DNA of 64,000 nt. Source: an uncultured Acidimicrobiia bacterium (GTDB lineage: Bacteria > Actinomycetota > Acidimicrobiia > Acidimicrobiales > Ilumatobacteraceae). A model generated the notes under the pieces. It ran no database searches. It had not been told where the DNA came from and saw only the letters and a list, made by a program, of their open reading frames with translations. The stretch spans positions 33,221-97,220 of the forward strand of contig CAWHWT010000006.1 of NCBI GenBank assembly GCA_963833145.1. The letters run 5' to 3'. Made by a program: the position numbers and the translations under genes. This document shows positions 45,240 to 53,895 of this stretch, piece by piece; within the stretch, counting starts at the first letter, position 1, and each line of letters starts with the position of its first letter.

Positions 45240-45863
45240 TCAGCTGACGGTGACGGCGCGGACGTCGGGCTTGATGTGGGCGAACGTGCTGCGGCCGTTC
45301 CACGTTGGGAACGCCCGCACGAGCCAGGTCGGCCCGTCGAGCCGGATCCGGGAGTCGCGGGTTGCGTCCGCCCAGCTCAGCTGGCCGGCGTGCCACTTCA
45401 CGAACGCTTCGGCGTCGGCGGTGACGAAGAGGTCCTCGTCCAGTCCGGCATAGGTCTTGCACAGCTCGACCTCGCCGTGCTCGAGGAGCAGCCAGTACCG
45501 CTCGTGGGGCCGGAACCCGGTGAAGTCCAGCCGGACGACCACGCGCCGTTCCGGGAGTCGGTCCCGGCGGAGCGCGTTGCACATCGACCACAGGGCGACG
45601 AAGGGATCGAGGTCCTCCGGAGCGATCTCGAGCCACCGCGCTCCCCACTCGCCGAGCGTCTCGCAGACCTTGAACAGGTCGTTGCCCGAGCTCGTGAGCC
45701 GGTAGCGGTGTCCGCGCCCGTGAGCCTTCGGGGCCGATTCGATGATGCCGAAGCGTTCGAGCTGCTTGAGCCGTTGCGTGAGGAGGGTGCGGGAGAGTCC
45801 GGGTGCACCCTCGAGGATCTCGCCGAACGTCGCACAGCCGAGGTGCACGTTGCGGATGATCAC
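45240..45863 (-). CDS. HxlR-type winged-helix regulator with extra C-terminal domain; start codon problematic
   Basis: The product reads ..IIRNVHLGCATFGEILEGAPGLSRTLLTQRLKQLERFGIIE.. The conserved N-terminal YCPIARGAEIFAERWTP is encoded in-frame upstream of GTG 45863. No ATG/GTG/TTG lies there, back to the in-frame TGA at 46005-46007. Confidence 0.7.
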   Translation of the reverse strand: MIIRNVHLGCATFGEILEGAPGLSRTLLTQRLKQLERFGIIESAPKAHGRGHRYRLTSSGNDLFKVCETLGEWGARWLEIAPEDLDPFVALWSMCNALRRDRLPERRVVVRLDFTGFRPHERYWLLLEHGEVELCKTYAGLDEDLFVTADAEAFVKWHAGQLSWADATRDSRIRLDGPTWLVRAFPTWNGRSTFAHIKPDVRAVTVS

Positions 45864-45961
45864 CGGCGTCCAACGCTCCGCGAAGATCTCCGCTCCCCGG
45901 GCGATCGGGCAGTACTGGCCGTAGGTCCTCGTGTAGGAAGTGTCGCGCTCCCGTCGACCGC

Positions 45962-46009
45962 GGTGAAGTCCAGATTCCTTACTTCGAAGTCCAGCAGGCT
46001 GACTTCACC
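45962..46009. promoter_or_regulatory. Repeat cluster in the HxlR / FAD-oxidase divergent region (operator candidate)
   Basis: GGTGAAGTC (45962-45970) is the exact inverse of GACTTCACC (46001-46009). GAAGTCCAG is directly repeated at 45965-45973 and 45986-45994, 21 nt apart. Confidence 0.45.
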
Positions 46010-46057
46010 TCGGTGCCATCCGCTGTTGCGATGACCCCATCGACCACGGGAGGAACG

Positions 46058-47446
46058 ATGACAGCACCAACCACGATGCGGCTCGCCGGGTTCCGCGGTG
46101 ACCTGATTGCTCCCGACCACGATGGTTACGACGACGCGCGCCTCGTGTGGAACGGCACCGTCGATCGGCGGCCTCGACTGATCGCCCGGTGCCGCCGCGC
46201 TGCGGACGTGGCCGCCGCGGTGCGCTTCGCCCGAACTCGCGATCTCGAGATCGCCGTACGAGGGGGAGGTCACAACGTCGCCGGCACCGCGGTCTGTGAC
46301 GACGGCATCGTGATCGACCTCTCGGCGATGCGCGCCGTCACCGTCGATCCGGCGGCGCGCACGGCCCGCGTCCAGGGCGGTGCGCTGTGGGGCGACGTCG
46401 ACCACGCGACCCAGCGACTCGGTCTGGCCACCACGGGTGGCATCGTCAGCCACACCGGTGTCGGTGGCGTCAGCCTGGGCGGCGGCATCGGCTGGCTGAT
46501 GCGCAAGCACGGGCTCGTCGTCGACAACCTGGTGGAAGCCGAGGTGGTCACCGCCGAGGGCGACGTCATCCGGGCATCGACCGACGATCATCCCGACCTG
46601 TTCTGGGCGTTGCGGGGCGGGGGCGGCAACTTCGGCGTGGTCACCTCCTTCCGGTTCAGGCTGCATCCCGTCGGACCCACCGTCCTGGCCGGTCCGGTGT
46701 TCTGGGCGGCCGAGGACACCGCCGACGTCCTGCGCTTCTACCGCGAGTTCGTCACCGACGCGCCGGACGAGCTCGGCACCATCGTTCGGCTGGGCACGAT
46801 CCCACCGATGGCTGTGGTCCGCGACGAGCTGCACTTCCGGCCGGCGATCGCGGTGGCGAGCTGCTATGCCGGGCCTGTCGGAGACGGTGAGCGCGCCGTC
46901 CGTCCACTTCGCGAGTTCGGTTCGCCGCTGGTCGACCTCGTCGGACCCACCCGGTACGTCGACCACCAGGGCAGCATCGACGACACCGTGCCTCACGGCT
47001 GGCACTACTACTGGAAGGGCACGAGCCTCACCCGCCTCACCGACGAGGTCGTCGACGTCGTCGCCGAGCACGCCTACGACGCCACGTCACCGAGGTCGTA
47101 CGCGGCGATCTTCCACATGGGTGGCGCCGTCGCCCGGGTCCCGCGGGACGCCACCGCCTACCCGGGCCGCGACGTCGAGCACAACGTCGTCATCGACGCG
47201 GCATGGCTCCCGGAGCAGGCTGACCTCGTCCGCGGAGCAGAGACGGCGTGGGCACGAGCGTTCCACGGCGCGCTCGAACCCCACCGTGCCGGCGTCTACG
47301 TGAACTTCCTCGACGGCGACGACGACCCGAGCCGCGTCCGCGAGGCCTACGGCGCCGCCACCTACTCGCGGCTCGCCGCGGTGAAGGCCAGGTACGACCC
47401 CGAGAACGTGTTCCACCACAACAAGAACATCCCGCCCGCGCCCTGA
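46058..47446 (+). CDS. FAD-linked oxidase (PCMH-type FAD-binding + BBE-like C-terminus)
   Basis: Motifs seen: RGGGHNVAG, GIGWLMRKHG, and a C-terminal YVNFLDGDD..RLAAVKARYDPENVFHHNKNI. ATG 46058 follows GGGAGGA. Confidence 0.85.
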   Translation: MTAPTTMRLAGFRGDLIAPDHDGYDDARLVWNGTVDRRPRLIARCRRAADVAAAVRFARTRDLEIAVRGGGHNVAGTAVCDDGIVIDLSAMRAVTVDPAARTARVQGGALWGDVDHATQRLGLATTGGIVSHTGVGGVSLGGGIGWLMRKHGLVVDNLVEAEVVTAEGDVIRASTDDHPDLFWALRGGGGNFGVVTSFRFRLHPVGPTVLAGPVFWAAEDTADVLRFYREFVTDAPDELGTIVRLGTIPPMAVVRDELHFRPAIAVASCYAGPVGDGERAVRPLREFGSPLVDLVGPTRYVDHQGSIDDTVPHGWHYYWKGTSLTRLTDEVVDVVAEHAYDATSPRSYAAIFHMGGAVARVPRDATAYPGRDVEHNVVIDAAWLPEQADLVRGAETAWARAFHGALEPHRAGVYVNFLDGDDDPSRVREAYGAATYSRLAAVKARYDPENVFHHNKNIPPAP

Positions 47447-47457
47447 GCCCCACCGCC

Positions 47458-47501
47458 TTGGTCACGATTCTGGTTGGACGGTCAACCATTTTCGTGACCA
47501 A
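47458..47501. promoter_or_regulatory. 44-bp nested palindrome between the FAD-oxidase stop and the pckG start (terminator and/or operator)
   Basis: TTGGTCACGA (47458-47467) pairs with TCGTGACCAA (47492-47501), perfect 10-bp arms. Inner arms are TGGTTG (47471-47476) and CAACCA (47483-47488). It lies in a locally AT-richer island. Confidence 0.45.
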
Positions 47502-47555
47502 AGCGAGCTCTGAGGGCCGTGGACGGGGGGCGTGGGGTGCGCCAGGATACGCGTC

Positions 47556-49403
47556 ATGGACGTTCCCGAATATGTACGCCACGAGGGATTGAAGCGGTGG
47601 GTCGCCGAGATGGTCGACCTGTGCAATCCCGCCGCCGTGCACTGGTGCGACGGGTCCGACGAGGAGTACGACCGGCTCTGCCAGGAGCTCGTCGACGCCG
47701 GGACGTTCATCCGGTTGAACGAGCAGCGCCGCCCGAGCAGCTTCCTCGCCCGGTCCGACCCGAGCGACGTGGCACGGGTCGAGGATCGCACGTTCATCTG
47801 CTCGAAGAACCGGGACGACGCCGGACCGACCAACAACTGGATGGACCCGGCGGAGATGAAGGCGACCCTGGCCGGCCTCTTCGACGAGTGCATGGCCGGG
47901 CGCACGATGTACGTGGTCCCGTTCAGCATGGGCCCGCTCGGCTCGCCGATCGCCCAGCTCGGCGTCGAGATCACCGACTCGGCCTACGTCGCCGTGAACA
48001 TGAAGATCATGACGCGTATGGGTCGCGACGCAGTCGAGGTCCTCGGCGCGGACCAGCCGTTCGTCCCGTGCATGCACACCGTGGGCGCGCCGCTGCCCAA
48101 CGGCGCGGCCGATGTGCCGTGGCCCTGCAACCCCGACGTCAAGTACATCGTGCACTTCCCCGAGGAGCGGTCGATCTGGAGCTACGGGAGCGGCTACGGC
48201 GGCAACGCCCTGCTCGGCAAGAAGTGCCTGGCCCTGCGCATCGCGTCCGTGATGGCACGAGACGAGGGATGGCTCGCCGAGCACATGCTGATCATGGGCG
48301 TCACCGACCCGCAGGGCGAGAAGACGTACGTGGCGGCGGCGTTCCCGAGTGCCTGCGGCAAGACGAACTTCGCCATGCTCGTGCCGCCGCCTGCGTTTGC
48401 CGACGAGGGTTGGCGGGTCACGACGGTCGGCGACGACATCGCCTGGATCAAGCCGGGGACCGACGGAAGGCTCTTTGCGATCAACCCCGAGGCCGGGTAC
48501 TTCGGCGTCGCGCCGGGCACGTCGTACTCGACGAACCCGTCGGCGATGGAGTCGATCCGAGCCAACACCATCTTCACCAACGTCGCCCTCACCGACGACG
48601 GCGACGTCTGGTGGGAGGGCATGGACGGCGACCCACCGGCGCACGCGATCGACTGGCAGGGCCACGACTGGACGCCCGACTCCGGCACCAAGGCGTCGCA
48701 TCCCAACGCCAGGTTCACCGCCCCGGCGAGCCAGAACCCGGCGCTCGACCCGGATTGGGACGACCCCCAAGGCGTGCCGATCAACGCCTTCATCTTCGGC
48801 GGTCGCCGCTCCGGCACGATCCCCCTCGTCGGCCAGAGCTTCAACTGGGCCTACGGCGTGTACATGGCGGCCACGATGGGCTCGGAGACCACGGCCGCGG
48901 CGTTCGGCGAGCAGGGAGTCGTTCGCCGCGACCCCTTCGCCATGCTCCCGTTCGCCGGCTACCACATGGCGAGCTACATCAACCACTGGCTGTCGTTCGG
49001 TCGCAACATCCCCAACCCTCCGCGGATCTTCCAGGTCAACTGGTTCCGCCGCGACAGCGACGGCAAGTTCGCCTGGCCGGGCTTCGGCGAGAACATGCGG
49101 GTCCTGCAGTGGATCGTCGAACGGTCACACGGCCGGGCCTTCGGGCTCGAGAGTCCGCTCGGTTGGATGCCTCGGTACCAGGACCTCAACTGGAAGGGTC
49201 TGGAGGACTTCTCCGAGAGCGAGTTCCGCGACTGCATGTCGATCGACCGCAGCGACTGGGATGCCGAGCTGCTCGAGGTCGAGGAGCTGTTCATGAAGCT
49301 GCACACGCGGCTGCCCAACGAGATGCACTGGATCCGCTCGCTCACCGCCAGTGCCCTGTGGCGGTCCCCCGAGCGTTGGGAGATGAACCCCGATCCGACG
49401 TGA
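47556..49403 (+). CDS. pckG: Phosphoenolpyruvate carboxykinase (GTP)
   Basis: Unmistakable GTP-PEPCK sequence: [80 protein letters not shown] chose ATG 47556. Confidence 0.95.
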   Translation: MDVPEYVRHEGLKRWVAEMVDLCNPAAVHWCDGSDEEYDRLCQELVDAGTFIRLNEQRRPSSFLARSDPSDVARVEDRTFICSKNRDDAGPTNNWMDPAEMKATLAGLFDECMAGRTMYVVPFSMGPLGSPIAQLGVEITDSAYVAVNMKIMTRMGRDAVEVLGADQPFVPCMHTVGAPLPNGAADVPWPCNPDVKYIVHFPEERSIWSYGSGYGGNALLGKKCLALRIASVMARDEGWLAEHMLIMGVTDPQGEKTYVAAAFPSACGKTNFAMLVPPPAFADEGWRVTTVGDDIAWIKPGTDGRLFAINPEAGYFGVAPGTSYSTNPSAMESIRANTIFTNVALTDDGDVWWEGMDGDPPAHAIDWQGHDWTPDSGTKASHPNARFTAPASQNPALDPDWDDPQGVPINAFIFGGRRSGTIPLVGQSFNWAYGVYMAATMGSETTAAAFGEQGVVRRDPFAMLPFAGYHMASYINHWLSFGRNIPNPPRIFQVNWFRRDSDGKFAWPGFGENMRVLQWIVERSHGRAFGLESPLGWMPRYQDLNWKGLEDFSESEFRDCMSIDRSDWDAELLEVEELFMKLHTRLPNEMHWIRSLTASALWRSPERWEMNPDPT

Positions 49404-49416
49404 GTGTCGGACGCCG

Positions 49417-49809
49417 TCAGCCGTTGACCGCTTCGACGGTGCTGATGTCGGTGAGCGTCGGAAGCGGGGAGCGCGCCGCCATCGCCGTGTCCTCCGTCGC
49501 CCCCGGCACGTAGAGGTGACCGGAAGCTTCGACGACCTTGCCCTCGAGGTCCGCCAACTCGTCGTCGGGGCGCGCGCCGAGCTCGACGAAGCCGCCGTCG
49601 GTGAGCCGGACGTGGGCGATCTGTTTCACCGAGCGCCACCCGCCGTCCCCGTCGGGGACCTTCATGGTGTGGCCGCCGAGGTCCTGGACGGTGTACGTGC
49701 CCTGCACCGTGACGTCCTCGTCGACGTGTTCGGCGACCTCCTGCGAGGAACTGAGCACGCCGTCGCGCACCGGCACCTCTTCCGCGTCGGAGGAGCGGCG
49801 CTTCCTCAC
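49417..49809 (-). CDS. Small acidic protein translationally coupled to the DUF4157-type gene (candidate immunity protein)
   Basis: 130 aa. GTG 49809-49807 overlaps the upstream TGA 49808-49806. GC3 bias is strong throughout. I recognised no motif. Confidence 0.65.
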   Translation of the reverse strand: MRKRRSSDAEEVPVRDGVLSSSQEVAEHVDEDVTVQGTYTVQDLGGHTMKVPDGDGGWRSVKQIAHVRLTDGGFVELGARPDDELADLEGKVVEASGHLYVPGATEDTAMAARSPLPTLTDISTVEAVNG

Positions 49810-51410
49810 GCCTTGACTCCGAACGTCGAGCCCCGGGTGCCGTGGGTCCCGCTGGCGAGGTGCTCCTCGTGGAACGTCTGGTCCTTCTTCTCGGTGCCGT
49901 ACATCTGGTAGACGTACTTGCGGTTGACCTCGTCGTAGGCCTGCTGTTGGAGCTGCTTGTTGATCACCGGGTCGGGGTCGCTGCCGTAGCTGACGGCGTA
50001 GTTCTCCAGGGTGATGTTGTTCGGGCCGTCCTTCATGACGACGCCCGCCCAGTGGAAGTTCCAGGTGCTCCCCGAGCTCGTGAAGCCGGGCATGTTCTCC
50101 TCGGTGACGAGCGTGTAGGCCCCGCCGATCTCCGGGTTGGCGGCGAGGTTGATGCCGGTGAACGCGTCGAAGGCCTTGCGGCCCGCCTTGCCCAGCTCCC
50201 AGTACTGCCGCTTGGCCTCGTCGTCGGTCGCGGCGGTGATCAGCTGGCGCTTGCCGAAGAGTCCGCCGCCGGTGTAGTGGATGCCCTTCTTGAGGTGCTT
50301 CCCGTTCGCCTTCACGGCCATGAACTGGGGTATCGCCTGCTTGTAGAGGCTGGTGAAGTCCTCCGGATTGGTCGACGAACCCGACTTGACGTCCGTGGTG
50401 CCGATCCTGGCGTGGGCGCGGGGGCCGATGGCGGTTCCCATCACCGCCCGCGACGAGCGGCCGCAGTCGGCCCAGAGGGCGAACTCGGCGGCCTTGGTGC
50501 CGTCGTCGTCCTTGAGCTTGCCCTTGTTGATCCGCTTCAGCTTCTCGTCGCCGGGGTCAGGGCCGACCGTGACGAGCCGGGGGGTGACGGGGCTGACGTT
50601 GTTCGCCACGCCCTTCAGGAGGCCACCCTTGAGCGTCTTCGTGTCGTCGATCGCCAGCCGCACGAAGGAGCCGTTGGTGCCGGCCTGCTTCAGTCCCTTG
50701 TTGGCTTGTTTGATGAGGTCAGGCGGGGCGAACAGCGTCTGACCGCCTTCTTTCTGGGTCACGCACAACGCCGTCTTCCCGCTCTCGGACACCCGCCACG
50801 TGTCGCCGTCGGTGTCGGTACGGACCTTGTAGCGACGCACGACGCGCCGAGCCCGCTCGGCGCCGCCCTGCTGCACGACGTGGGCCAGCTCGTGGCCGAG
50901 CAGCCACTGCCCGCCGCGGGTCGCCGGGCGGTACTGGCCCGGAGCGAAGTGGATGTCCGTGCCGAGGGTGAACGCCGAGGCCTGGATCCTCGACGGGACG
51001 TCGCTGTCGGGGTGGACGCGTACCGCAGCCAGGTCGACGCCCGTGGCCGACTCCATCGTCGCCCGTGTCGTCGGGTCGAGCGGCGCACCTGTGCTCGCCC
51101 GGATGCGGCGGGCGACATCGTCGGACACGTCGCCGCCATCCAACCCGACCGCGGTCGGGGCGGCGGAGCGGACGATGCGCGTGGACTCGGTCGCGAACAG
51201 CGACGCAGCGGGGTCGGTGTCCGGCGGCGATCGGAGCGCTCCCAGGACCTGGTCGGCGAAGCGGTCGGCGGACCGCTCGGCCGGGTCGTTCGCGGCGCCG
51301 ACGAGCAGCTTCTTCTGCAGCACCGGCTTCGCCGTCAACGGTTCGGGCCGCTCGCGGCGCCGTGACGCCGCTTCGGGCCGCTGCTCGGCCACCTTCGCAC
51401 GATCGAACAT
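49806..51410 (-). CDS. DUF4157-type (zincin-like HExxH) protein with uncharacterised Lys-rich C-terminal domain; polymorphic-toxin-like
   Basis: ATG 51410 follows GGAGGGA. The N-terminal box is LLVGAANDPAERSADRFADQVL. It is followed by LDPTTRATMESATGVDLAAVRVHPDS..AFTLGTDIHFAPGQY..WLLGHELAHVVQQ (HExxH codons at 50880-50894) and about 340 unassigned residues. Confidence 0.8.
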   Translation of the reverse strand: MFDRAKVAEQRPEAASRRRERPEPLTAKPVLQKKLLVGAANDPAERSADRFADQVLGALRSPPDTDPAASLFATESTRIVRSAAPTAVGLDGGDVSDDVARRIRASTGAPLDPTTRATMESATGVDLAAVRVHPDSDVPSRIQASAFTLGTDIHFAPGQYRPATRGGQWLLGHELAHVVQQGGAERARRVVRRYKVRTDTDGDTWRVSESGKTALCVTQKEGGQTLFAPPDLIKQANKGLKQAGTNGSFVRLAIDDTKTLKGGLLKGVANNVSPVTPRLVTVGPDPGDEKLKRINKGKLKDDDGTKAAEFALWADCGRSSRAVMGTAIGPRAHARIGTTDVKSGSSTNPEDFTSLYKQAIPQFMAVKANGKHLKKGIHYTGGGLFGKRQLITAATDDEAKRQYWELGKAGRKAFDAFTGINLAANPEIGGAYTLVTEENMPGFTSSGSTWNFHWAGVVMKDGPNNITLENYAVSYGSDPDPVINKQLQQQAYDEVNRKYVYQMYGTEKKDQTFHEEHLASGTHGTRGSTFGVKA

Positions 51411-51511
51411 CGCTTCCCTCCGGGACTCGTCCCCGACGCTCGGGTTCGACAGTACCCGGCCGCGGTGGGCCGAGTCCATGGTGCGGTCGGGAAGATCCGG
51501 CCCACGCTCGC

Positions 51512-51757
51512 TCAGTCCGCCGGCCGCAGGTGAGTCCGGTAGACGTGGGTCGTCCACTGGCGTCGGTACTCGCTCGAGGTGAGGAGCGACCGCACCTGGT
51601 CGAGCAGCGGGGAGTCGCTCCTCGTCGGCGAGCCCGTGCCCGCACCGAGGTCGAGCACCGTCGCCGCCGGCGGAAGGTCCGCGAGCACGCCACGGGGCCA
51701 GCCCGGACGCCCGCGTTCATAGTCGTCGGGCCACCGATCGCCGCTGCCGGCGGGCAT
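51512..51757 (-). pseudogene. Class I SAM-methyltransferase remnant (internal deletion)
   Basis: The 81-aa ORF joins an N-terminal YERGRPGWP..VLDLGAGTG (motif I) directly to a C-terminal-looking PLLDQVRSLL..THVYRT tail. The roughly 140-170 residues normally in between are absent, and the locus has no room for them. Confidence 0.5.
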
Positions 51758-51840
51758 GTTCCAAGTCGTCGTCGTCAGACGCCCTGACCGTACGGCTGCC
51801 TACCGCCGGCCTCCTGGCCCGTTTCCGCGTTTCGAACCCG

Positions 51841-52128
51841 TTAGAGACCCTGGACCAAGACGCCGAAGCCGGTGGTTGACGCTTGACGCATGCCGAGGAT
51901 CGCCTGATACTCCGGCGACTCGTACCAGATGTGGAAGTCCTCTTCGTTCTCGAACTCGAGGATCACGGTGCGAGGCCCCGGCGGCTCTCCTTCGATGGTC
52001 TTGCACTCGGTGTCCACGGCGAGCACCTTGACCGGCACGACGCCGAGCGTCGGACCGGCCGCCTGCACGTACTCGCTGAGCAATTCGGGATTGTCGATGG
52101 TCGAGTTGACAACCAGGTAGGTGGGCAT
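51841..52128 (-). CDS. DUF1330-like protein
   Basis: ATG 52128. MPTYLVVNSTIDNPELLSEYVQ..VILEFENEEDFHIWYESPEYQAI is typical of DUF1330. Confidence 0.75.
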   Translation of the reverse strand: MPTYLVVNSTIDNPELLSEYVQAAGPTLGVVPVKVLAVDTECKTIEGEPPGPRTVILEFENEEDFHIWYESPEYQAILGMRQASTTGFGVLVQGL

Positions 52129-52258
52129 GGTGGCCGGTGCTAGCACAATCCGCTCAACACCTGTGACATGGCCCGTGCCTCGGTGGGAGGGCGTGGTCTG
52201 CCGAGATCGGCGGAGATGTGGAAGGATCCGGCCCGCGCTCACGAACGGGAGGTCGGGC

Positions 52259-52867
52259 ATGTCCGATGACCATGCGCTCATCGACGTTCACGCCGGGGAT
52301 GACCTGACCCCGCTGGCCGGAACGTGGGACGTCGATCCGACGCACTCGGCGCTCGAGTTCGTCGCCCGGTACGCGGTGTTCACGCTCGTGCGCGGCCGCT
52401 TCACGTCGTTCTCCGGCACCGTCGTGCTCGATCCACTGCACCCCGAAGCGACCGCGGTCGACGTCGAAATCGACGCGGCCTCCGTGGACACGGCGATGGG
52501 GGTGCGCGACGGCCACCTGCGAGGCGATGAGTTCTTCGACGTCGAGCGCCACCCGACGATCTCGTTCCACTCCCAGGGGGTGACGGTCCTGGCGGCTGGG
52601 CGCTACACCGTGCGCGGCGACCTCACGATCCGCGGCATCACCCAGCCGGTCCGGCTGGTCGTGGACGTGTTCGGGCGCGCCCCGGACGTGCTGGGCAACC
52701 CCCGGATCGGCTTGCGAGCGACGGCGAAGGTGCAACGGGCCGTCTGGGACATCAAGTGGAACTCCACCGTCCCCGGCGGTGGCGTCGCCTTGGCGGACGA
52801 CGTCGACCTCGAGCTCGACGTCTCGCTGGTGCCGGCCGGCTCGGCGGGGGACGGCCCGGCGGGTTGA
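52259..52867 (+). CDS. YceI-family polyisoprenoid-binding-like protein
   Basis: ATG 52259 follows GGGAGG. Motifs seen: GTWDVDPTHSALEF..RGRFTSFSGTV, HLRGDEFFDVERHPTISF. Confidence 0.85.
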   Translation: MSDDHALIDVHAGDDLTPLAGTWDVDPTHSALEFVARYAVFTLVRGRFTSFSGTVVLDPLHPEATAVDVEIDAASVDTAMGVRDGHLRGDEFFDVERHPTISFHSQGVTVLAAGRYTVRGDLTIRGITQPVRLVVDVFGRAPDVLGNPRIGLRATAKVQRAVWDIKWNSTVPGGGVALADDVDLELDVSLVPAGSAGDGPAG

Positions 52868-53734
52868 TCAGTGGTCGCTGGCCGCTCGTCCCGGTTTGTG
52901 CCCAACGGCGAGCTTGACTGAGACCGGCAGCTCGAACCGGTCGCCGTGCCGGTACTCGAGCACCCGCCGGTCGAACGCCTCCCGGATGCGCTGGCGGGTG
53001 GGTTCCGGTTGCCCCAGGAACAGCGCCGACGTACGCACGGTGGCGGTGAGCATCCCGCTCCAGAGATCGTCGGCGTTGCTGAGGCTGTGGTCGAACGCGA
53101 CGGTCCGCACCTCGACGCCGCTCAGTCCGCCCGCTGTGAGCAGGGCGGCGAACTCCTCGTCGATCGCGAACCGGAAGAAGGGTGGACCGATCGGAAGGTC
53201 TTCGGGAGGCGTCGCCCCGGCTTCGTTGAAGGCGTCGAGGAGCACGCCGAGGAGGCGCATCCGGTCGGGGAGATCCCAGGTAGTGAGGGCGAGCCGCCCG
53301 CCGTCCTGGAGCACCCGGACGAGCTCGCCGACGGCGCGCTCCGGGCGTCCCAGGTGAGGGACGACGAAGTTGCTCACGACGGCATCGAACGAGCGGTCGT
53401 CGAAAGGCAGTGCCTCGGCGTCGGCCTCGCGGAAGTCGATGTCGGGGTGAAGTTGTCGAGCGAGCTGGACCATCGCCGGTGCGACGTCCACACCGATCAC
53501 CGAGGCGCCCCGCTCGCTCGCTCCCGCGGCGACGTAGCCAGGTCCGGTCGCGAGGTCGAGGACCCGCGAACCCGGGCCCACGGCAGCTGCGTCCAGCAGC
53601 GGACCGACCAGTCGACCCGTGATCGGCCCGAAGAACTGGCCGTAGGTCGGGGCCCGGTGCTCCCAGCCGGCCTTCTCGAACTCGTTGAACGCGTCGAGCG
53701 TCTCTTCGGGCACTGACTGGTCGGCGCTCGTCAT
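52868..53734 (-). CDS. Class I SAM-dependent methyltransferase
   Basis: ATG 53734 follows AAGGAGA. Motifs seen: VLDLATGPGYVA (motif I), FDAVVSNFVVPH, LQDGGRLALTTW. Confidence 0.85.
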   Translation of the reverse strand: MTSADQSVPEETLDAFNEFEKAGWEHRAPTYGQFFGPITGRLVGPLLDAAAVGPGSRVLDLATGPGYVAAGASERGASVIGVDVAPAMVQLARQLHPDIDFREADAEALPFDDRSFDAVVSNFVVPHLGRPERAVGELVRVLQDGGRLALTTWDLPDRMRLLGVLLDAFNEAGATPPEDLPIGPPFFRFAIDEEFAALLTAGGLSGVEVRTVAFDHSLSNADDLWSGMLTATVRTSALFLGQPEPTRQRIREAFDRRVLEYRHGDRFELPVSVKLAVGHKPGRAASDH

Positions 53735-53895
53735 GCGCTCTCCTTTCCGTCGCGCGGCCGGACCCGCCGACGCAGATTCTGTGTCAGCGTCCCACTGTCG
53801 GCGGCGAGATTTCACTCGACGGAACGATCCGCGCCCAGATCGAGGCGGCAGCGCGGCGCCCCGTTCCCCTGAACCCGAACTGAGGTGACAGGAGG

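Noticed and set aside
46005-46019. ATG 46019 followed by in-frame TGA 46005-46007 as a nonsense-mutated or recoded (selenocysteine/readthrough) start of the HxlR gene.
   Set aside because: It would add an N-terminal extension of about 50 aa, atypical for the family. It would also place the coding sequence over the operator-like repeats and leave only 38 nt to the divergent gene. No SECIS-like evidence was examined.
51411-51557. The longer 583-aa version of the DUF4157-type ORF given in the track.
   Set aside because: The extra 49 codons are Arg/Pro/Ser-rich and overlap the methyltransferase remnant. ATG 51410 has a strong GGAGGGA site, and the product then begins close to the family-typical N-terminal box.
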